Source: Lama guanicoe (Eukaryota). From it: DNA of 64,000 bases. Positions 39,071 to 53,221 of this stretch are shown piece by piece. Both the position numbers and the translations under genes were made by a program. Location of the stretch: contig MU054220.1 of the NCBI GenBank assembly GCA_013239625.1, forward strand, positions 4,895,328 through 4,959,327, given 5' to 3'. Each line of letters starts with the position of its first letter. The stretch's first letter is position 1. The notes below the pieces were generated by a model, which saw only the letters and a program-made list of their open reading frames with translations, was not told where the DNA came from and ran no database searches.

Positions 39071-40165
39071 GCTGAACCACTATCTTAGGCCTTCAGCATT
39101 CACAGAAGAATTCTAGTTTAGATTGTGTTCATCAGTGATCTACCCCTGAGCTATGGAATTATGTGGCTGAGAGATTTTTTGTTTCTTCACTAAAAAACTG
39201 GGCTCTGATATTTAAAATGACTTACTGTCTGTCATTTCATTAAAATCCTAAGGCAGTATGGTATTGTGAATAAGGAAAACCAGTTTTGGGTGCCAAATCT
39301 AGTAATTATTGATGTTTTTTAGACAAGTCACTTAACCAAGTGGGTGTCACTTTTTGGGTTTTTTTTTAAATGTCTGAAGTGTAGGAGCTGGACTAATCTT
39401 TTGGTTGAATATTACAATCTAATCTGAACATTAACGGAGCACCTGCTTGTGCTCTACAAAGGCAAGGTGTTGAGGATCCACACGTGTAAACAGCACTGCT
39501 CATAATTCAAGTTAAACTCATTTTTTTTTCCTTCTAGTGAAGTTTAAACAAGTAAATAATCATATATGGAACTCTTAGAAAGGGATCTATTGTTTAGATA
39601 TTAACTCAAGCAGTTTTGAGGCAGGTGGATACACTTATGCACATGCATATGTATACACGCATGGAGGCTGTGGGAGGAAGTGGAAGAACGCAAAGAAGAT
39701 ACTTCATGTCAGGCCACTATTTCAAAGGTGCAGGAAAGGTCTAAATCACCTTCACTCAAAGACAAGGGGTTATATTTCAGTGAATGAGGATGGAAACACT
39801 GTTTCAAATCTCATTACACAGTTTAAATTCACAGCAGAAAAGAATATTCTTTACTATAAATATCAATTGTTACAAAACATCAGAGATTTGAGGGAGAGAA
39901 AAAAATAATCTCACAGCCTATCATCCCAGCTGAATATACTTTAATCAGCCTTTCTCAAACTAGGGTTCTGGAAGAGAATTAAGCCTAATACTCCAGTGTG
40001 TCTGTATAGTAAGTAACAAATGAATTTCTTTCCTATGTGTCTTAAATTATGCTAGTTATGTAAAAATCCTTAGAAAAACTGAGGAAATCATTTTCTGTGT
40101 TCTGTTGATCGAAACAGGAATCCTGACTGAACTCATTATTTTGCCAGCATTTAACAGTTGCTTAC

Positions 40166-40352
40166 CACTGCAAACAGAAGACGTGATGTTGTACAGAAAA
40201 GGATAAAACTGCATACAGCGAATCAACTTCAGGCTGTTTTCACACTCTGGGCATTTGGTAGTTAATTTCAAAGCCTGCCTAAAGGCCTCAAGTGCCCCAC
40301 TGATATTCTTCAAAGCAAGGTAAGCATTTCCCAGGCTCAAAAAGGTCAGGGG
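40166..40352 (-). CDS. TTC17: TTC17 exon ~16 (187 nt) PLTFLSLGNAYLALKNISGALEAFRQALKLTTKCPECENSLKLIRCMQFYPFLYNITSSVCS
   Basis: ccttttcag|CCCCTG ... AGTG|gtaagc; TPR motif; phase 1 out. Confidence 0.97.
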
Positions 40353-40524
40353 CTGAAAAGGGGAAAAAAAAAATCAGCAAAATGTTAATGAAATGATATC
40401 TTCTTAAGAGTTACAAAACCTTTTCAGTATATGTCTTTTGCATCTTTTTAGGTTACCCCATAAAAGTTAATGGCTAACTGTCCATTTTATTTACATCTGC
40501 TAATTCTAAACTGTTTAACACAAA

Positions 40525-42350
40525 TTTATTTTTTAACTTTCACTAAGATAAAACATAGATAAAATGTGTAATATACACTAGTCTTTAGTGCACAGCTCAA
40601 TGAATTTTTATATATGTATATATCCCTGTAACCACCATTCATCTAAAGATACAAAACATTTAGAGCATTTCTAGTATCCCAAGAGGTTACCTTGGGCAAC
40701 TCAACCGCAGTCCCGGGGGAACCACTGTTACGACACTGTGACTTCCAACACCATAGATTAGCTCTGCCTGTTCCTGAACTTCACATAAATGGAATCAAGC
40801 AGTATGTTCTCTTGTGCATATATGTACTATTTTGTAGCTTCTTTCACTCAATACAGTATCTAATATTCAAGAAACTGAATGTTTTTTGTGTACTATTAGT
40901 TTATTCTTCTTAAAAAAATTGATGTGTAATGTTCCATCACGTGAGTATATCAGTTTGTTCATCCATCTCCTACTGACAGGCAGTTTTTGGATTGTTTGTA
41001 ATCAGTTACAAGTTGATTAATACATTGTAAATAACTGTAATATTTATATATTATAAATATTTATATTATTTATAAATAAAGCTACTATGAACATTCTTGT
41101 AAATGCCTCTTGATAGACATACGTACTCATTTTCCTTGGGTATGTGCTTAGTAGTGGTTCTTAAGGTGGGCACACATTTAGTTTTCAGAGACATAACCAA
41201 ATAGCTTTCCAGTAGATGCCTACCAGCAAGTGTGAGAATTCACCGATTTGGTATCATCAGTCTTCTTAATTTAGCTGTTTTCGTGTGATGCTTAAGCGGC
41301 ATCTCACTGCGATTTTAATCTGCACTTCCTTGATTAGTAATGATGTTGAATATTTTTTCATATGCTTATTGGCCATTTGGGTACCCTCACTTCTGAAGTG
41401 CCTGTTGTTTTTCCCATTTCAAAAAATTGGGTTGTCTTTTTCTTATTGATTCGAAGGAATTCTTTATATATATACTAGACAAGACAACTGTTGGAAATAC
41501 TTATTGCAAATACCTTCTCCCAGTCTGTTGTTTGCCTTTTTATTCTCTTAATGGTATCTTCTGATAAGCAGCAATTCCTAATTTTAATGAAGTTTAGTTT
41601 ATATATTTTTTCTTTTATAATTAGTGCTTTATGAAATCTTTGCTGGCTACAAGGTAATGAAGTCTTTCTCTTCTCTGTTTTCATCAAGAAGCTTTATTGT
41701 TTTACCTTTCACATTCTGGTACATGAACCACCTCAAATTACTCTTCTGTACAATATGAGGTAGGAGTCAAGGTTCATTCCTTGTCCAGAGGGGATATCCA
41801 AGTACTCCAGTACTACTTAGTAAAAACCCAAAAGCTTCACACACACTCAACTATGGGTGTGTCTTTGCTATAAAGCAGGTGACCATATACACAGGGGCCT
41901 ATTTCTAATTTCTTAATTGTGTTCCACTGATATATTTAAGTATCTCTGTGCCAATACCACACTGACTTAATCACAGCAAGTCTTGAAATCTAGTAATATA
42001 AGTCTTCCAACTGTTTTTTCCTTCCCCTCACCCCCACCCCCAGATTTTGGGTACTTTTACGTAGATTTTTGAATCAACTTATCAATTTATACACATATAT
42101 ACATGTAATTGCTGGGAGTTTAGGATCAAACTGAATCTATAAATCAGTTTTGAGGAGAACTTACATCTTAACAACATTGACTTTTCCAACCTGATAAACA
42201 TGATCTATATCACCATTTATTTAGGTTTCTTTCTCTTAGCAGTGTTTTGTAATCAGTATAGAAATCTTGTGCATCTTCCTTTAGATTTACTTCTACATAT
42301 CTGATTTTTTGATGCTACTGTATATAGTTTTAAAATTCTATTTTCCTATT
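40525..42350 (-). mobile_element. Old L1 (L1M-type) 3' UTR and ORF2 C-terminal region
   Basis: ORF 41475-41687 KEKIYKLNFIKIRNCCLSEDTIKRIKRQTTDWEKVF is decayed L1 ORF2; typical 3' UTR motifs. Confidence 0.88.
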
Positions 42351-42864
42351 GTTGAGATCTTGTTTTTATAAGCAGCCCAAAGTATTCAGTTTAGGTCATT
42401 TTAGCAGAAATACACCTATGTTTAGGATTTGCTGTGTACAAACCATTTATTCTACACTTACTTTATCATTAAAATTATTTTAAAAGATCTAAGAATGTTT
42501 TATTCTCAAATTGCACAGTATATCCCTATGAAAAGCAACACCTATAATATATCAGCTGCCGGATTTTGATTCAGGCTGCTCTGGTCATCAGAATGTCTCA
42601 CTATAACCAAGCCAGGTTTACAAATTACTCCAGATTAAAGAGGCCTAATCTAAGTAGTTCTCAGATTACATTTAAAGTATTACTTACTGGTTCCCCACTC
42701 AGATACAAAATTAAATTCCATACTTAGATTTCAAAAATGTCTTTATATTTTCCATAAGGAAAACAAGTGTTCTGATTATCCCTATGACTAGAATGACACT
42801 TATGTAAATATCTTATATTGAGATGAACTGGTTAGCATTTTGGAAAAAAAGAATAATTTTCAGG

Positions 42865-43815
42865 AATTCATTCAGAAAATAATTACTGAGTGTTTACTAT
42901 GTTTCATATACTGTTTTTGACACTAGGGATACAGCAGAAAATAAGAAAGCTAAATCTCTGCCTTTGTGGATCTTACAGGCCCATGTCACACAACTGTGAG
43001 GATGTTACAATTGTGAGCAAAATGTGACGAAGAAAAGTATATGATGAAGAGACATCAGTAGTACTAAGAGTGGGGAAGAGAGTGCTATTTTAAATACAGT
43101 AGTAAGGGAAAGATTCACTGAGAAGTTAGTATTTCTAAATGAGTTTAAGGAGATGAGGAGCAAGCTATGAAGAATTTAGTGGGATGAAGCATTACAAGCA
43201 GACAGAACAGAGAATGCAAAGGCCCTGAGGAGCAAGCTAGCATGTTCAAGGCACTGCAAGAAGGCAAGTGAGGCAGGAACAGAATGACCAAAGGAATGCT
43301 CTCATGGAGACGACGTTAGAAAAGTAGCAAGGTCATGCAGGACCTTTTACGTCGTTATAAATTCTTGTCTCTTACTGTGAGTTACATGCGCTGAGATTTG
43401 AACAAATGGCAACATCTGACTTTTAACAAGAAACTCATTGGTTGTTGTATTGTGAACAGAATGTAGAGGGACAAATGAAAAAGTCAAGAAGCTAGTTAAG
43501 AGGCTATTGAAATAATCTAGATAAAAGATAAAGATGGTTTGGATAAGATAGCAGTGGAGATAATGGTAAGCAGTGAAATTCTGGGTATACTTTAAAAACA
43601 GAATCAGCTAGGTTAGCTAACAGATTGAATCTGCCCTGAGACAAAAAGAAAGGCATGAAGGATGGCTCTAAGTTTTTGTCCTAACTACTGGCCTTCCTGT
43701 TTCCTGAAATGGGGAAGACTGAGAACAAACTGGACTAACGTTAAGGAGCTTAGTTTTGGCCTGTAGTTTTAGACATTCAAGTGGAGGTGTCAAGTAAACT
43801 GGAATTCAGGGCAAA
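42865..43815 (-). mobile_element. L2 fragment
   Basis: ttcattcagaaaataattactgagtgtttactatg; tgcaaaggccctgagg; tagacattcaagtggaggtgtcaag. Confidence 0.8.
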
Positions 43816-43844
43816 GGTAACAGGTGATTCAATAAAGTACAGTG

Positions 43845-45110
43845 TTCTTGAGATATGGTCCTGGAATAACTTGGTATCTATGTGGACAAGAACTCTGATG
43901 AATGAACTTTGGTCCCTACCTCACATCACAAAGAAAATTTAACTTGAAATTAATCATAGGCCTAAATGTGAAACCTGAAACTATATACCACCTAGAAGAC
44001 AACATAGGAAAAGATCTTTGCATATCTGAGAATCAATTATTTAAAGACAAACCATAGAAAACAGAAACAGAACTAAGTTTTTTCAAACGTCTTACAAGGA
44101 TACCTTAAATCTAACAATAGAAGTCAAAAGGGAAAAGATGAAAAATTTAAGGTAATTTTTAAAAGCTAAGATAAAAAGGCAAAGAGAGAAAATATTTTTA
44201 ATGTATGGCAGATGGCGTTAAAGACTTTATTGTATAGTCCATGTAAAATTAAAAAAAAATTCTAACAAAATGAGGAAAATGCCGACATCAACTTTTACTT
44301 TAAAAATAAAACAATAAAAAGATAAAGAAATTTATGTTACAACAGAGAAGTGAATTTTTTTAAGTAAATTTGTTTTATAAATGTTAATACAGAGGCAATG
44401 TCAAGTGGCTAAAGAGTGTGAGCTCTGTAGCCAATCTCCCTGAGTTCAAATTCAAGTTCTATGATTTTCAGTAAATCCCTTCTGTTTCTTTTTCTATCAA
44501 ATGGGTAAATCTCATCTCACAGGGTGGTTGTGAGGATTAAATTGAATTATTACATGTGAAGTGCTTAGTATAGTGCCTGGCTCTAGTAAACAATCAGTAG
44601 AAGTTAAGAGTTATTTCAACTGCCTGATTCTGGTCATAATACAAGTGAAATGAATATTTAGAGATCTTGATTATGACAATATGTACTGGCCCAAATCTTT
44701 TCGTGGATTGTTTGGTATTTTGTATCAAAGCCATCAAAAGACTCATTCTTTTACTGACTTAATAATTTCATTGCTAGCAATCTTTCCTAAGAAAATTATC
44801 TGGAATAAAAAAAGGTCTTACTCAGAAAAATCATTACTGACAATAACTAAGCATGGTCAGCAACCTAAATATCTAGCAACAGTGGAGTAACCTGTGATAT
44901 ATCAATTCATCAAAACTTTACAAAACCATTTAAATGGATGGCTATAAAAACTAAGTAGTAATACATTTTTAATATACAATAAGTTTTAAAGATCACTAGT
45001 ATAGTGTAATTCCAATGCTGTGAAATATTTACAAAGAAGAAAAGCTTGCAAGGAAATATTTCCAAATGTTGACAGTTGGGAGTAGCATCTGATTAAGGTG
45101 TATTTTGGGG
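43845..45110 (+). mobile_element. Old L1 fragments with a MIR inserted at ~44390-44610
   Basis: cctaaatgtgaaacctgaaactatata..ctagaagacaacatagga; MIR cagggtggttgtgaggattaaa..gtgcttagtatagtgcctggc. Confidence 0.6.
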
Positions 45111-46333
45111 GTATCTATCCTGACTCATTGATTTATCTTTTTTACTCTTATTGCAGTACCACAATATTTAACTGAAATTTTAGTATAATTTTCAAATATG
45201 GAAAGGTAACTAATCTCTAAAGGAGCTCTTTTTTTCTTCAGAGGAATACTGCCTAACTGTCTTGGCTGGTGACAGAAAAAAGTGAACTATGAGAAGTGTC
45301 AAGGGAATACAGCTGTGCTGAGCCTTCCATTTGTGTGCTTACTTCATCACATCCCATGAAGATCATCTGTTCTACTATACCCACACCTGGCACACAGTAA
45401 TCATTTGATAAATATTTGATGTACGTCTCTGGCAACTTGGCCTACTGTGTAATATAATGATTGTAAACTTTTACTTAAAATCCAGTTGTGAATATATGTA
45501 TCTCAAAGGAAACTCTTAACAGGCAACATTTTCTCCTAATACTGAAAAAAATTAGTTTTGGGACATGTCAAATAAACCTAAGCCATTCATGTACATTTCT
45601 AAAAGTTTATTTGGGGATAAAATTCAGGAACATTTAGACACTAAGTATAGAAGCAATTTAAGTGTGTATTTATTATAACTATATTTCATCAAACCTAAGA
45701 TGTCCTCAATTATAACATGATGACATTGAATATTTTTTCTCAAATCTACGGACAGAGACGTTAAGATACAAAAAAACAAAAAAGAACTGGTATCTTAGAA
45801 ACTATGACAAAAACTTATTAACTACAAAGCAGTGATGCAACTCCATGGACTGCATGTGGGAGGTTCAGGGCATGAATATCAATCCACTTACCTATTCTTA
45901 TCAAAACGACCTTTGCACTATGCTCTGGCTTGGTTAGTATAAAGATATCTATAAACTAACATTGTAAAACAGTACAACATTAAACAGCTTGCATGTTATA
46001 ATGAGTAGGATAAAGTGAGAAGCAGATGTTTAAGATATAAAAATGTGACAGTATATATTTTTAGCATATGTGATTCTTATTTAAATGCAAGTTTATAAAA
46101 AAATAAATTGTACAATTTATAAATTTCATTCACTTAAAATGAAGAGGTGAACACATCAAAAATAAAACAAAACAAAAATCTGTTTTATTCCCTCTCAAAA
46201 TGTGCAAATTCTACTCTGAAAAACAAAACATGATTTTTTTATGTCCTCTCCATAAAAACACAAATGATACTCTGAATTTGAGTTACCACTACATGGTATA
46301 TATATATTGCTATAAAGAAACATAAAACCTCAC

Positions 46334-46558
46334 CTCAGAGCTATTAATGGCCAAAGCCTGAAGCAGCAGTTTAGTGGCATCAAGATGAAGGCCATAGTGA
46401 ATCAGAAGGTTGGCCAGGTTCACAAGAGGAACGTCCTGGTATTGAAGTGGAGCCAAATTCAAAGCCCTCTGAAGACAAGCGATAGCAAAAGTGCTATTTC
46501 CTACTGCTCTCCAGTAGAGCCCAGCTTCATTGAGTATCAGCCAGACAGGTGCATTAGG
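46334..46558 (-). CDS. TTC17: TTC17 exon ~15 (225 nt) PNAPVWLILNEAGLYWRAVGNSTFAIACLQRALNLAPLQYQDVPLVNLANLLIHYGLHLDATKLLLQALAINSSE
   Basis: tttttcag|CCTAAT ... TCTGAG|gtgagg; TPR repeats. Confidence 0.97.
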
Positions 46559-46697
46559 CTGAAAAACCCCCAAATACTTCAGTGAATACAAGAATACAGT
46601 ACTCTTTCTAAAAAGGATGTTTAATGCATGCATTTTTAAGATTTTAATTACAATTACTACATACTTAAATTTCAGACATCTGAAGTAGGCCACTCAC

Positions 46698-46775
46698 CTT
46701 GTTAATAGCATGAAATAAGAAAGACCCAATTTCTTCTTCTGGGATAGTATAGTTATTAATACGGGAAAGCAAAAT
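46698..46775 (-). CDS. TTC17: TTC17 exon ~14 (78 nt) ILLSRINNYTIPEEEIGSFLFHAINK
   Basis: gttttcag|ATTTTG ... AACAAG|gtgagt. Confidence 0.96.
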
Positions 46776-47948
46776 CTGAAAACATCAAAAGGAAGACTGA
46801 CTCAATTGAAAATAACAGGGAAAACATTGGACAAGAATTTTTATAGACAGCAGTCTTTACTTGAGCTCCTTGGGAAGAGCTAATTTGAAAAAGATATTTA
46901 TAATTATACACATAACATGAGGTCATGGACATACCAACAGGTGTTAGCCTGCTCACATGTAGTTTCCTTCAACAAAAAACAGTTAAAAGACATATACCCC
47001 ACATACATATTAAGGCAATGTATCATTTCCCCATCAAAGTCAACCTAAGTGTCCAAAACCAAATGAGAAATTATTCAGATGACAAAGCATGCGATACCTG
47101 ACACAATTAAAATCTGCTATCCTTCCTATCTGGAAAAGCACCAGATCTTCAATTAATCTACTTTATAGTCTTGTAGCACTTACATAACTGTGAGCAACTC
47201 TAAGGTAGGGATCATGGTCTGTTTATCTTTGTATTCCTAGCACACCTAACAGTGCCGGCACATAATGTTTTTTGCCTCAGTAAATGTTTGTTGAATGTAA
47301 GTAGTAACTGCTCAAAGTTTTAAAATTAAATTTAAAAAAAAAGGTCATTGTGATGGTCTGTTTTCTCTGCAAAAAGGAATTCTTTCATTTGTATCTATGG
47401 AACATTGTCTAATACAGGATTTATACTCAGTAATAAAACATTCCTAGTTATACATAACTAATAGAAACTAAAGAAAATAGCATAACAGAACATACTTATA
47501 ATGTCTGCACAGTGGTTATCAAATTCATACAAATTTCTGAGGACCTCATATGAACCCAAAGCAGGGTTGATAAAGCCAAGGAAAGAGAATCTTGAAACTT
47601 TCAAAGTATACAAACTTCCGGAGGCTTGGAAGAGGCAAGCTAAATGGCAGTGGTTGGAATGGCTTCCATTAGGTAAACAGAGTTCTGTGTCACTCATCTT
47701 TGTAGCCCTCTTAGAGAAACAGTGCTTAGGTGGTCTACGTAAACAGCAACCCTGAAAAACACTTTCCCGGCATTCCTTCAATAGCATGACGGACTTCTTA
47801 CTTATTTCACCAATTCTTTAACTCTATGCTTCAGTTTTATAAACTCAAAGCTCAACAACTGCCTTCTATCAAATTTTTGCTCCACCTACGAGGCTTGTGA
47901 AGTCACCCAGAATGGACGGCAATAAACACCAGCCTAAACGAGCCTTAC

Positions 47949-48114
47949 TTTTCGTGCATGGTCATCTGGCATTTTGGCTTTCAGATCCATGCGGACCTCT
48001 AATTCTTTGACTAAGTAGGACAGAGTCTGGCTTTTTCTGAAGTCAGTTATGGAACAGTCAGGGGTTTGGGCCTCTTCTTCTGAAGAATAATCATCACTGT
48101 TGAGTTCGTGGATC
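47949..48114 (-). CDS. TTC17: TTC17 exon ~13 (166 nt) (R)IHELNSDDYSSEEEAQTPDCSITDFRKSQTLSYLVKELEVRMDLKAKMPDDHARK
   Basis: ttgtgccag|GATCCAC ... CGAAAA|gtaagg. Confidence 0.96.
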
Positions 48115-48270
48115 CTGGCACAAGAAAAAGGAACAAGATTCATATTTTCAAAGTTCGGGTGACTTCAAAATAAAGACTTAACCTTTCAAGTCCAAGGCTG
48201 GTGCTCTCAAAGAACCGCCAGATGACAATCATGCAGAATCAAGCGCTTTGCCAAATCCATCAGCACTTGC

Positions 48271-48386
48271 CTGAGTCCTTTGTTTTCCGGAGGCAGAAAA
48301 TACGTTGGCAATTCCCCACCAACAGGGACTCTTGGATAGCTTTCTGCACAATCTGCTCTTTTAGGCCACAGAATATGCTGTTTGTC
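48271..48386 (-). CDS. TTC17: TTC17 exon ~12 (116 nt) DKQHILWPKRADCAESYPRVPVGGELPTYFLPPENKGL; GC donor
   Basis: tttattag|GACAAA ... CTCAG|gcaagt; phase 2 out matches next exon. Confidence 0.94.
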
Positions 48387-48589
48387 CTAATAAAGAAAGA
48401 AAATTTCTTTGGATTCAATATTTCAAATTGCTAAATGAGTTTCTAAAAGAACATAAATATACAAGGGTAACATAACAGAATGACAATTTCGTATTTTAAG
48501 ACACACACTGTGATAGACTCTATAATATTCTTTCTACTGCAGATTATTAGTTTAAGTTAGAAATTCTACCTGCTTTACCACACACTGAT

Positions 48590-48955
48590 GCAGGGTTGGG
48601 CAGGCCTAAGTCAGTTAAGCCAGTAAGATACAAGGAGAGGCCTGCCTGGGGCGTCTGGGAAAGAAAAGCCAGTCTTAGTCGCTTGTGCCACATAGGAACA
48701 AAAATCATGTTGCTCCAGCTGCTGCTGGCTGTCACCCCATGACCAAGAGGAAGACAAGCTTTAGGATGGAACCAGTACAGTGGATGGCAAATTGAAGAAA
48801 AGGAAAGAAATGAGTCACTGGTGGCACTACTGGGCCACTGAATCAACCAAAGCCGAAGTTTGCTCTATCTCTGGACTTCCTGTAATATGAGGTAAATTTT
48901 CTTTTGTTTAAGCCAATTTGAGGGAAAGTCTGTGACTTATACCTGTAAGCATACA
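48590..48955 (+). mobile_element. MLT1-type (J/K-like) LTR remnant
   Basis: 3' signature ctatctctggacttcctgtaatatgag..ttgtttaagccaatttgag. Confidence 0.6.
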
Positions 48956-49717
48956 TACACTTATAAAACTGGCCCAGAAAACTATTTTTCCCTGAAGTAA
49001 GACCTTTTCTTTGTCAAGTTTAACAATTGTTATTTTGGTTGTAAAATTTCATTTTTCTAAATATGAATAACATACCAGAGGCTCACTAAACTTTTATCCT
49101 GAAGCTTTCAAACTTGGGAATTTATATTATACACAATTAAATCTAAGTGGCTGTATTAACTCTCAGAATAAAAACTCAATTAAATTCTGAAAATTTAATA
49201 ATAAAAAATATGTGGTTTCTGTCCTCATATCTTAGTATTCCCACTGGCTAACATACAATTATTTCTTAGCCAGCTTAGAATTACATATTTATTTACTTGT
49301 TTGTTGTCTGTATCTTTTGCTAGAATGGGAGCTCCAGCAGAGCAAGCAGCTTATGTACTATATTCACAGGATCAGCCTGGTACACAGGTAGGGAGTGCAG
49401 TAAGAGAATGCTGATGAGAAGCGAAGCATATACAAGCACACACTTAGGTCAAGTTTAGAAACTTGGAAGAGTTGGTAACTGTGCTCAGAGCTTTGAATTA
49501 AAATCAGGGTGTCTATCTGGCCCACTTGACGGGTAAGAACTCAAGGCAGACCCTGTGTCTTACTTATCTACCACCTAGCAGAATGCCCTCCATTTAATAT
49601 AAGCTTAATAGTGTTTGCTGAGGTGATTGGGGCCATATTAATCACAGGTCGAGGGCCACTGCTTTAACGAATCTTGTCTGTTTGAGAAAAGTCCTTCATC
49701 CTCCTTGACTAACTTAC

Positions 49718-49864
49718 CCTGTATGCATCAGAGTTCCTGCCCCAGATCCAGAGAACAGAATGGGCTACAGGAGAAGACTTGACCAAATCACTGACATCAC
49801 TCTGATTTGCTTGAACATCAAAGTTCACAGACATCATACTGGAGGTTGATGAATCCTCGCCAAA
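49718..49864 (-). CDS. TTC17: TTC17 exon ~11 (147 nt) FGEDSSTSSMMSVNFDVQANQSDVSDLVKSSPVAHSVLWIWGRNSDAYR
   Basis: ttttag|TTTGGC ... TACAGG|gtaagt. Confidence 0.95.
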
Positions 49865-51683
49865 CTAAAAATGGAAAGAAAAGTTCAATCAAATTGAAAG
49901 CAGAAAAGGAGTTGTGACTAAAATTTAACACAATCCAAAACCGTTAAGTGAATACTCAAACTGAGTAGAAAATCAGAAAGTCAGTCAGTAAAAAAGCAAT
50001 CAGATTTTTTAATTTTCAGAACAATATCCCATCAGTATTCTCTCACAGATAATGCACAGCTGGCAACTTTCAATCAACTATGCCACTGATATGAGAAAAA
50101 CCGCACAGATTGTTTCCTGTCCCTCTACTTCCTTTTTAGGATTTAGTCTCTTTTAGGTTTAATGATTAGCTGGATGATTAGCTGGTTAGAGGTTTGGTTC
50201 ATAATTCCCCTCTCCTACCCAGCTTAAAATGATCACTTCTCTATAAAATTAGTGTGCTTAACGGTTCTTAAGGGTTTAATATACCTATCATTTAAGTATT
50301 ATAGACTATTGTACAATCAATTCCAAATATGTGTAGCCTTCCTCTAAACCACAGTACAATAATATTTGATGTTCTCACAAGATACCGTAGTTACTGTGTA
50401 CTTCTGAAACTTTGTTAGATAAGAGAATGGAACTATAGTGGGATGGAGTAGGAAAGACATGAGGAAAATGAATGAATATGAGGAATTTATAGCTCCATGC
50501 CTTTATGAACAAGAGTAGATTCTTTCACTATATAGTGGTGATGAAATTTACGGATATTTAATACTGGAAGCTAGTGGTACAGGACAGTCTTCCAAAATGG
50601 TCTGTCTTGAGACCATCATGATAGCTAAAAGTTACACTGGGTCTCAGTCTATTCCATTTCTAAATGTTTCCCCTTTTCCCCTTAAACTGCTTGGATTTAA
50701 GATAGGGAACTAAAGTCCCAGAGCATGTAAGTCTGTTCTTCCTTTGGAAAACCAAACATGGGATATTGCTAGAAGCTGGTTCACAAAAATCATAGGAAAC
50801 TTTTGGTTTCTATTACTACTTCTCCTCCTAAATGGACTCTTAATTTTTGCTTCTCATTCTTTCCCAATGTAGTCTGGGTTTTTCCAGATTAAAGAGTTTT
50901 AATTTTTCATGGTTTGTCCTCCTACAGAAGCTGTCCTAATCTCTTAATTATTTTAATTGCGTATCTCTGGAAATTTCTATATCTATGATTAAGGATATGA
51001 TAACTTTTCCGTAGGATAGGATAAATGTTACTTTATTTCCGATATCCTTTTGGATGATAATTGGATCTCTGGTTGTGCTTACTGTCTGTATCAGCATTAG
51101 TTACATGCTATTTAGTATCATTATATTTATGTATTATTTCTTCCCAACGAGATAGGCTAGGATTTTACATTGTGTGTTTGAGTGTCAGGTATATGTGTAT
51201 GTATATGCACATGTACACATGTGGACGTACACAGAGACAGAGAGAGAGAGAAAAACATGCAACTAACAATGGTGGTTAGTAAACATCTGCTGATAATGAT
51301 CATTTTGGTTGAAGCAACATAACTGGACTGATGACTGCAGGAAACAGCATGACTCCTCTTTTGCAAATTTTAAATTATAGGTCTTATTCAAGTAAGTTAA
51401 AAGAGGAGATAAAGGCTTTGAGTTATAGACCAATTCTAGCTCTCATGGTAAAGAAGAAAAGAATCAAACACACATGAATAGGCAAATATGGGTAGTCCAT
51501 AAATGTCACTCATGGAGTAACTGAGTACTGTCTATAAAATCTGACTTCGTAAACATAACAGATACTCAAAACCTTAAATGATAGTCACGCATTTTAGAGA
51601 TCAAATATATAAGGAATTAAGGTGGGGGAAACGGTATTACTCTTAGATATGCAAAAGTTGGTAAGAACTAGAGAGAAAAAGAC

Positions 51684-51796
51684 CTGAACATAGTCCACAT
51701 TTTCAAAGATATCACCACGATGGTAGCGCACAGGTTGGTCCCACTGGCAATGCAAACTATGCTGCTGGTTGACCAAACGACATATCTGATGATTTC
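51684..51796 (-). CDS. TTC17: TTC17 exon ~10 (113 nt) (G)NHQICRLVNQQHSLHCQWDQPVRYHRGDIFENVDYVQ
   Basis: actccag|GAAAT ... GTTCAG|gtcttt. Confidence 0.95.
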
Positions 51797-52774
51797 CTGG
51801 AGTAAGAAAGGAAATTAAAATCAGTGCAAAAGACCAGCAACGCAAACATGATTTTCTTAGTCTAAGTCATGTAGTATCAATCCTGTATTCTCCAGAGCCT
51901 GGCAGAGTACTTACAGAGGAGGTACTTATCCAGGGGAACACTCATTAATGCTTAATTAAATTAAATCATTCTAAAGAAGCTTCAGTTTCTCCACCTATAA
52001 AACAAAGGGGCTCCACTAAATAATCACAGAGGTATCTTCTGGCAAGAATATTCTATGACTGTAAATCTATTGATCAAATTGTTTTCAAGAGACTTTGGCC
52101 ATCTCTCTGGAGGGAATTTGCTTTTATACTTCATAACACTGTTTTAAACTTATATATAAGAGCTCTGGTTGCATTTCAGTACAGACTGAGCAGTAAATAA
52201 CCCCAAGGACTTAACATACTCTTTACACTCAAAATATCAAAGAAAACTTGTTAGGTGGATTGTAAAATGGATTGTAAATGGTCACAGTTAAGGTTCAAAT
52301 GTTAAAAGGCTATACAGATATACCAATATATTTATCAAGGGAGAAGGATGTAACATAGGGGATTCTATTCATTTATTCTTTGCTGTCAAGTTGTCAGATC
52401 TGTTCCTGCAGGGTTTATTCGGAAATGAAGCATTCTGGATATAACCAAATCACTGATATGCTGTCAATGCAAGTTCCTTTAGACCAGTGGTTCTATTTTT
52501 GAGTCACAGACTGTAAGAGATTTTAATGAGCTATATACCCTCTTTCCCCTCTCAAAAACTGTGCACATACACAATACTGTGTATAATTTGGGGGATAATT
52601 TAAAGAACACCCTGAAAGTAATTCATTGATTATCTTCCTGCTTAAGACAAATTCTAGCCTAAAATCTTACTTCTAAAATAAAACATTTGTTTTTAACAAA
52701 ACAAGAAAAAAAGAATATTTAGTCTTATTGCCAGTGTTGGCTGAGAAGTGTGGATGCTTTGCTTCTAGGGTGTG

Positions 52775-52955
52775 TCTGGCTTCTGCTAAATTGCTGTAGG
52801 GCCACTGCATTTTCAGATTAGCAGCAACAGGCATCAAATGGGAGCTTGTTAGAGAAAGAGACCCTCAGGCCCCATCTCAGACCAACCGGATCAGAATTTG
52901 CATTTTAACAAGATCTCCAGGAGACTGATATGCATATTAAAGTTGGAGAAGCGTC
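52775..52955. mobile_element. MER5A (hAT-Charlie MITE)
   Basis: gggagcttgttaga..ctcaggccccatctcagacc..atcagaatttgcattttaacaagatctccagg..gcatattaaagtt. Confidence 0.8.
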
Positions 52956-53221
52956 AACGTAGGCCACAGGGGCCTGTTAAGACACCTAGGGTAACAAAAG
53001 GTTTGGTTTTCACTTTAAAATGGGAATTTAAAAAAAGTTAGAAAGACCAAACCAGCTCCCCAGGTCTGCTGGTGTACCTGCTGTGATGATTTCACTTTAT
53101 GGCTGAGGGAAGTCATAAGCACAACTTCATACTGCTTTACGGCTACACGAAATTATGAAAGTAAAGCACGTTAGAACTCAATTTCCTAACTTGTCTTCAG
53201 TTACTTGGAATCAGGACTTAC

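Noticed and set aside
40056..40165. Read-through of exon 16 into the intron as an alternative C-terminus
   Set aside because: Strong donor present and I saw no nearby minus-strand poly(A) signal; short read-through is expected by chance
50161..50184. Short direct repeats (atgattagctgg x2; also tggattgtaaa x2 near 52256)
   Set aside because: Ordinary 11-12 bp slippage duplications
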